The notes under the pieces: generated by a model
Database searches by the model: none
What the model was told of the DNA's origin: nothing
The model's input: the letters and a program-made list of their open reading frames with translations, nothing else
Source: an uncultured delta proteobacterium
GTDB taxonomy: Bacteria; Desulfobacterota; Binatia; UBA9968
Assembly: GCA_963760795.1 (NCBI GenBank)
Contig: CAVXEP010000010.1
Coordinates: 1 to 64,000 of the forward strand
Direction of reading: 5' to 3'
Length of the DNA: 64,000 bases
Made by a program: the position numbers and the translations under genes
Shown here: positions 61,230 to 64,000 of the stretch, one piece after another
How the letters are laid out: the number at the start of each line of letters is the position of its first letter
Position numbering within the stretch: the stretch's first letter is position 1

Positions 61230-62181
61230 ATGGACAAACCCATAAAACTCTCCATCGCCGCAACCTCCAAGCGCGTCGATATCGCCAACGTCGTCGGCTA
61301 TACATTTTTCAATAGCATCGAGCTGCCGCGCCAATCGCAACTCGACATCGCCATGGGCTGGCGCGACTCCGAGCTGGGCGGCACCGGCCCGGCGATCCTT
61401 GGTCGGCAACAAGAAATATACTTTCGGCTTCGGCAATCCGGTGGGCCTGTCGGCGATGGCCTATCTCGGCTGCGGTTTTTACAAAAAGAAAATCCCCCTG
61501 CGCGCCATCGGCGTCTTTCCGACCTGGGACCGCTTGATCTTCGCCGTGCGCCCAGACATCGGCATCCAGTCGCTGGAAGACATAAAGAAGCAGAAATATC
61601 CGCTGCGCATCTCGACGCGCCGGCGCGGCAAGCTGGCCACGACGATCTACGCCATCGAAGAGGTGCTCAAAGCCTACGGCATGAGCTACAAAGACATCGA
61701 GAAGTGGGGCGGCAAGATCATGGAAGCGCCCAACCCGAGCGGCCCGGAGCGGCGCGACGCGATTTTATCCGGCGCTGCTGATGCGGTCTTCGACGAGGGC
61801 GTGAAGAGCTGGGGGCCAACGGCATTGAAAGCCGGCATGCGCTTTTTGCCGATCGACGACAACGCGGCAAAGCATATGGCCAAGCTCGGCTTTCCCAGCG
61901 CCATGCTGACACGCAAGCATTATCCCAAGTTGGCTCAAGCGATTCGCTGCGTCGATTTCAGCGGCTGGACGTTTTTTTGCCACGCCGATTTATCGGACAA
62001 GGTCGCCTACCACATGGCCAGAGCCGTCGACCTGTGCCACAAACACATCCCCGTCGATCATTTCGACAAACGGCCCATGACCATTCGCGAGTTCTGCCGC
62101 GGCGGCGAAGCTGGACAACTGAACATCCCGCTCCATCCGGGCGCAAAGAAATATTTTCGCGAGAAGGGCTATATCGACTAA
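61230..62181 (+). CDS. TAXI-family TRAP solute receptor-like protein (frameshift near 61400)
   Basis: LRAIGVFP, GIQSLEDI, YGMSYKDI, ADAVFDEG, IPLHPGAKKYFREKG. Confidence 0.78.
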
Positions 62182-62182
62182 A

Positions 62183-63170
62183 ATGTTTGGCTTCATTCAA
62201 CGCGTCGCGCTGGCAACGCTTCTGGCGATTGCATCGATTGGCCAACCAATCGCGGCCCATGGCGAGCAGTTTCGCGTCGCGCTGTCGACCAAAGACTTCG
62301 GCTACCTGCCGCTGTTCGTCGGCATGCGCGCCGGTCTATTCGCCCAGGAGAATTTGGAAATCCAGTGGATCGTGGTGAATAGCAACGTCGTCGTCACCGC
62401 GCTGTTGGCCGGCGAGATCGATGTCGCCGGCATCGCCGGTTCGTCCATGCGCGCGGCGGCACGCGGCGCGCCGTTGAAGGCGAACTTTTTCCCCTACGAC
62501 AAATCGCTGTTTGTCTTGATGGGCGCGCCCAATATCAAGCGCGTGCAAGATTTAAAAGGCAAAGTCATCGGCACCACCGGCCCCGGCGCCACCACCGAAG
62601 TCGCCGCGTCGATGGTCTTGCAGCATCACGGCATGGATCCGAAAAAAGATGTGACGTTCATGACCATCGGCGGCGCCGAGACATCCATCGTCGCCATGCG
62701 CAACGGCATCATCCAGGCGCGCGCCTTCAATCCCGACGCGGCGTACATCATGAAGAAACAAGGCTTCACCGAACTCGGCGTGCTGGCCGACATGGGGCCC
62801 TGGCCTTGGGCGGGTTACTCGACCTCTGACGCGCTTCTGGCGAATCGGCGCGACAAGCTCAAACGCTGGACCCGCGCCATGGTCAAGAGCCTGCAATTGA
62901 TGCTCACGCGCAAAGAAGAAACCTATAAGTTTGCCCAGGCCGATTTCGCCCATGCGCGCGACGTCATCGAGGGCGCGGCGAATGTTTGCATCAAAGCCAT
63001 CGATCGCACAGAATCCCGGCGGCGCCACCGACGACGCCATGCGCAAGAATATCGATTTAACCATCACCCAGCCGTTAAAGCTTCCGGCTAGCCCGCCACT
63101 GGCGCAGCTGGTCGACTTTTCCTTGCTGCGGGAAGTTCACAAAGAACTCGGCATAGCGGGGCGAAAATGA
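62183..63170 (+). CDS. ABC substrate-binding protein, NMT1/SsuA-like (frameshift near 63010)
   Basis: Signal peptide, LPLFVG..GLFAQENL, ALLAGEID, DLKGKVIG, C-terminal VDFSLLREV. Confidence 0.85.
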
Positions 63171-64000
63171 ACTTGCGAATTTTTCCGGCGATACCGCTGG
63201 TTGCAGCACTTTTACTGACACCGCTGGAATCACACGCGCAGAGCGTCGATGCCAAGCTCGCCGTGTTGGAGAAACTACCGGCCGCGGAACGCCAGCAGAA
63301 ATTACTGGAGGGCGCCAAGGCCGAAGGTGAAGCGGTCATTTACGCCAACATGGATGTCAGCGCCATGAAGCCGCTCACCGACGGCTTCATGAAACGCCAC
63401 CCTGGGGTTAAAGCCACCAGCGTGCATATTTCCGGCGCGGGGATCATCACCCGGGTCGAAGCGGAGGCCCGCGCGGGACGCTCGCTCTCCGATGTCGTCC
63501 TCAGCGGCCAACTCGGCGTGCTCGCCTTACTCGAAAGAAAAATCTTCGGCCGCTACCGCTCGCCGGAGCGCGAACATTACCGCGATGGCTACAAGGACAA
63601 GGACGGCCTGTGGACGGCTTACATGAACAACGTCATGGTCAGCGTCTACAACACCCGTCAGGTAAAAAAGGACGAAGCGCCGCGCGGCCTCGAAGATCTT
63701 CTGAAACCCCGTTGGAAGAACAAGCTCGCGATGGACAGCCAGTCCTACGTCTGGTTCGGCACAATCCTGCAGTACCTGGGTGAAGAAGCCGGCTTGCGTT
63801 TCATGAAGCGGTTAAACGAGCAAAACCTGTCGCACCAGCGCGGCCGCCGGCTGATGAGCCAACTGGTCGCCGCCGGCGAATTCGACATGGCCGTCGAAAC
63901 CAATTTGAACTCGGTTCTGAGCCTGAGCCGTCAAGGCGCGCCGCTCTGGTTCGCCCCGGCACCGCCCTTTTTCCTGACGCCGAGCTTGGTGTTCGTCAAC
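63167..64000 (+). CDS. Extracellular solute-binding protein (iron/ABC type), runs off the window edge
   Basis: Manual translation MNLRIFPAIPLVAALLL...EGAKAEGEAVIY...RVEAEARAG...YNTRQV...DLLKPRWK; ATGA overlap. Confidence 0.82.
   Translation, partial: MNLRIFPAIPLVAALLLTPLESHAQSVDAKLAVLEKLPAAERQQKLLEGAKAEGEAVIYANMDVSAMKPLTDGFMKRHPGVKATSVHISGAGIITRVEAEARAGRSLSDVVLSGQLGVLALLERKIFGRYRSPEREHYRDGYKDKDGLWTAYMNNVMVSVYNTRQVKKDEAPRGLEDLLKPRWKNKLAMDSQSYVWFGTILQYLGEEAGLRFMKRLNEQNLSHQRGRRLMSQLVAAGEFDMAVETNLNSVLSLSRQGAPLWFAPAPPFFLTPSLVFVN

Overview
A 64-kb, GC-rich bacterial chromosomal segment with no rRNA, tRNA, CRISPR array or transposase. The gene mix (bicupin, TAXI and NMT1-type binding proteins, VOC, TPP enzyme) suggests a Ca. 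Binatia/deltaproteobacteria-like genome; this is inference. Main blocks: (1) an aa3-type cytochrome c oxidase operon with heme A/O synthases, two subunit III genes and extra small ORFs (1.4-8.2 kb); (2) nadX, TPP enzyme, MFS and assorted metabolic genes; (3) a roughly 400-nt structured minus-strand intergenic unit at 14.1-14.5 kb with its own candidate promoter, strong SD, two small ORFs, a repeated AACTAAATAGC motif and a terminator, which is the best candidate for something undescribed; (4) a 15-kb minus-strand run mrp, DUF59, RRE-like/MEMO, DUF4175-like, TPR/peptidase, moxR, DUF58, BatA, DUF4159, vWA/GATase-like; (5) a four-gene Na+-translocating acyl-CoA decarboxylase; (6) a tungsten island: moeA x2, MobA-MoaD fusion, aor, HTH-PBP regulator, tupABC and a Tat-exported selenocysteine formate dehydrogenase with NrfD anchor and FdhE; (7) solute-binding proteins. 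About 15 single-base frameshifts lie beyond 24 kb and most likely reflect long-read indel errors. Several short-period palindromic repeats occur, two of them read in-frame inside proteins. All calls come from motif reading only; no database searches were run.
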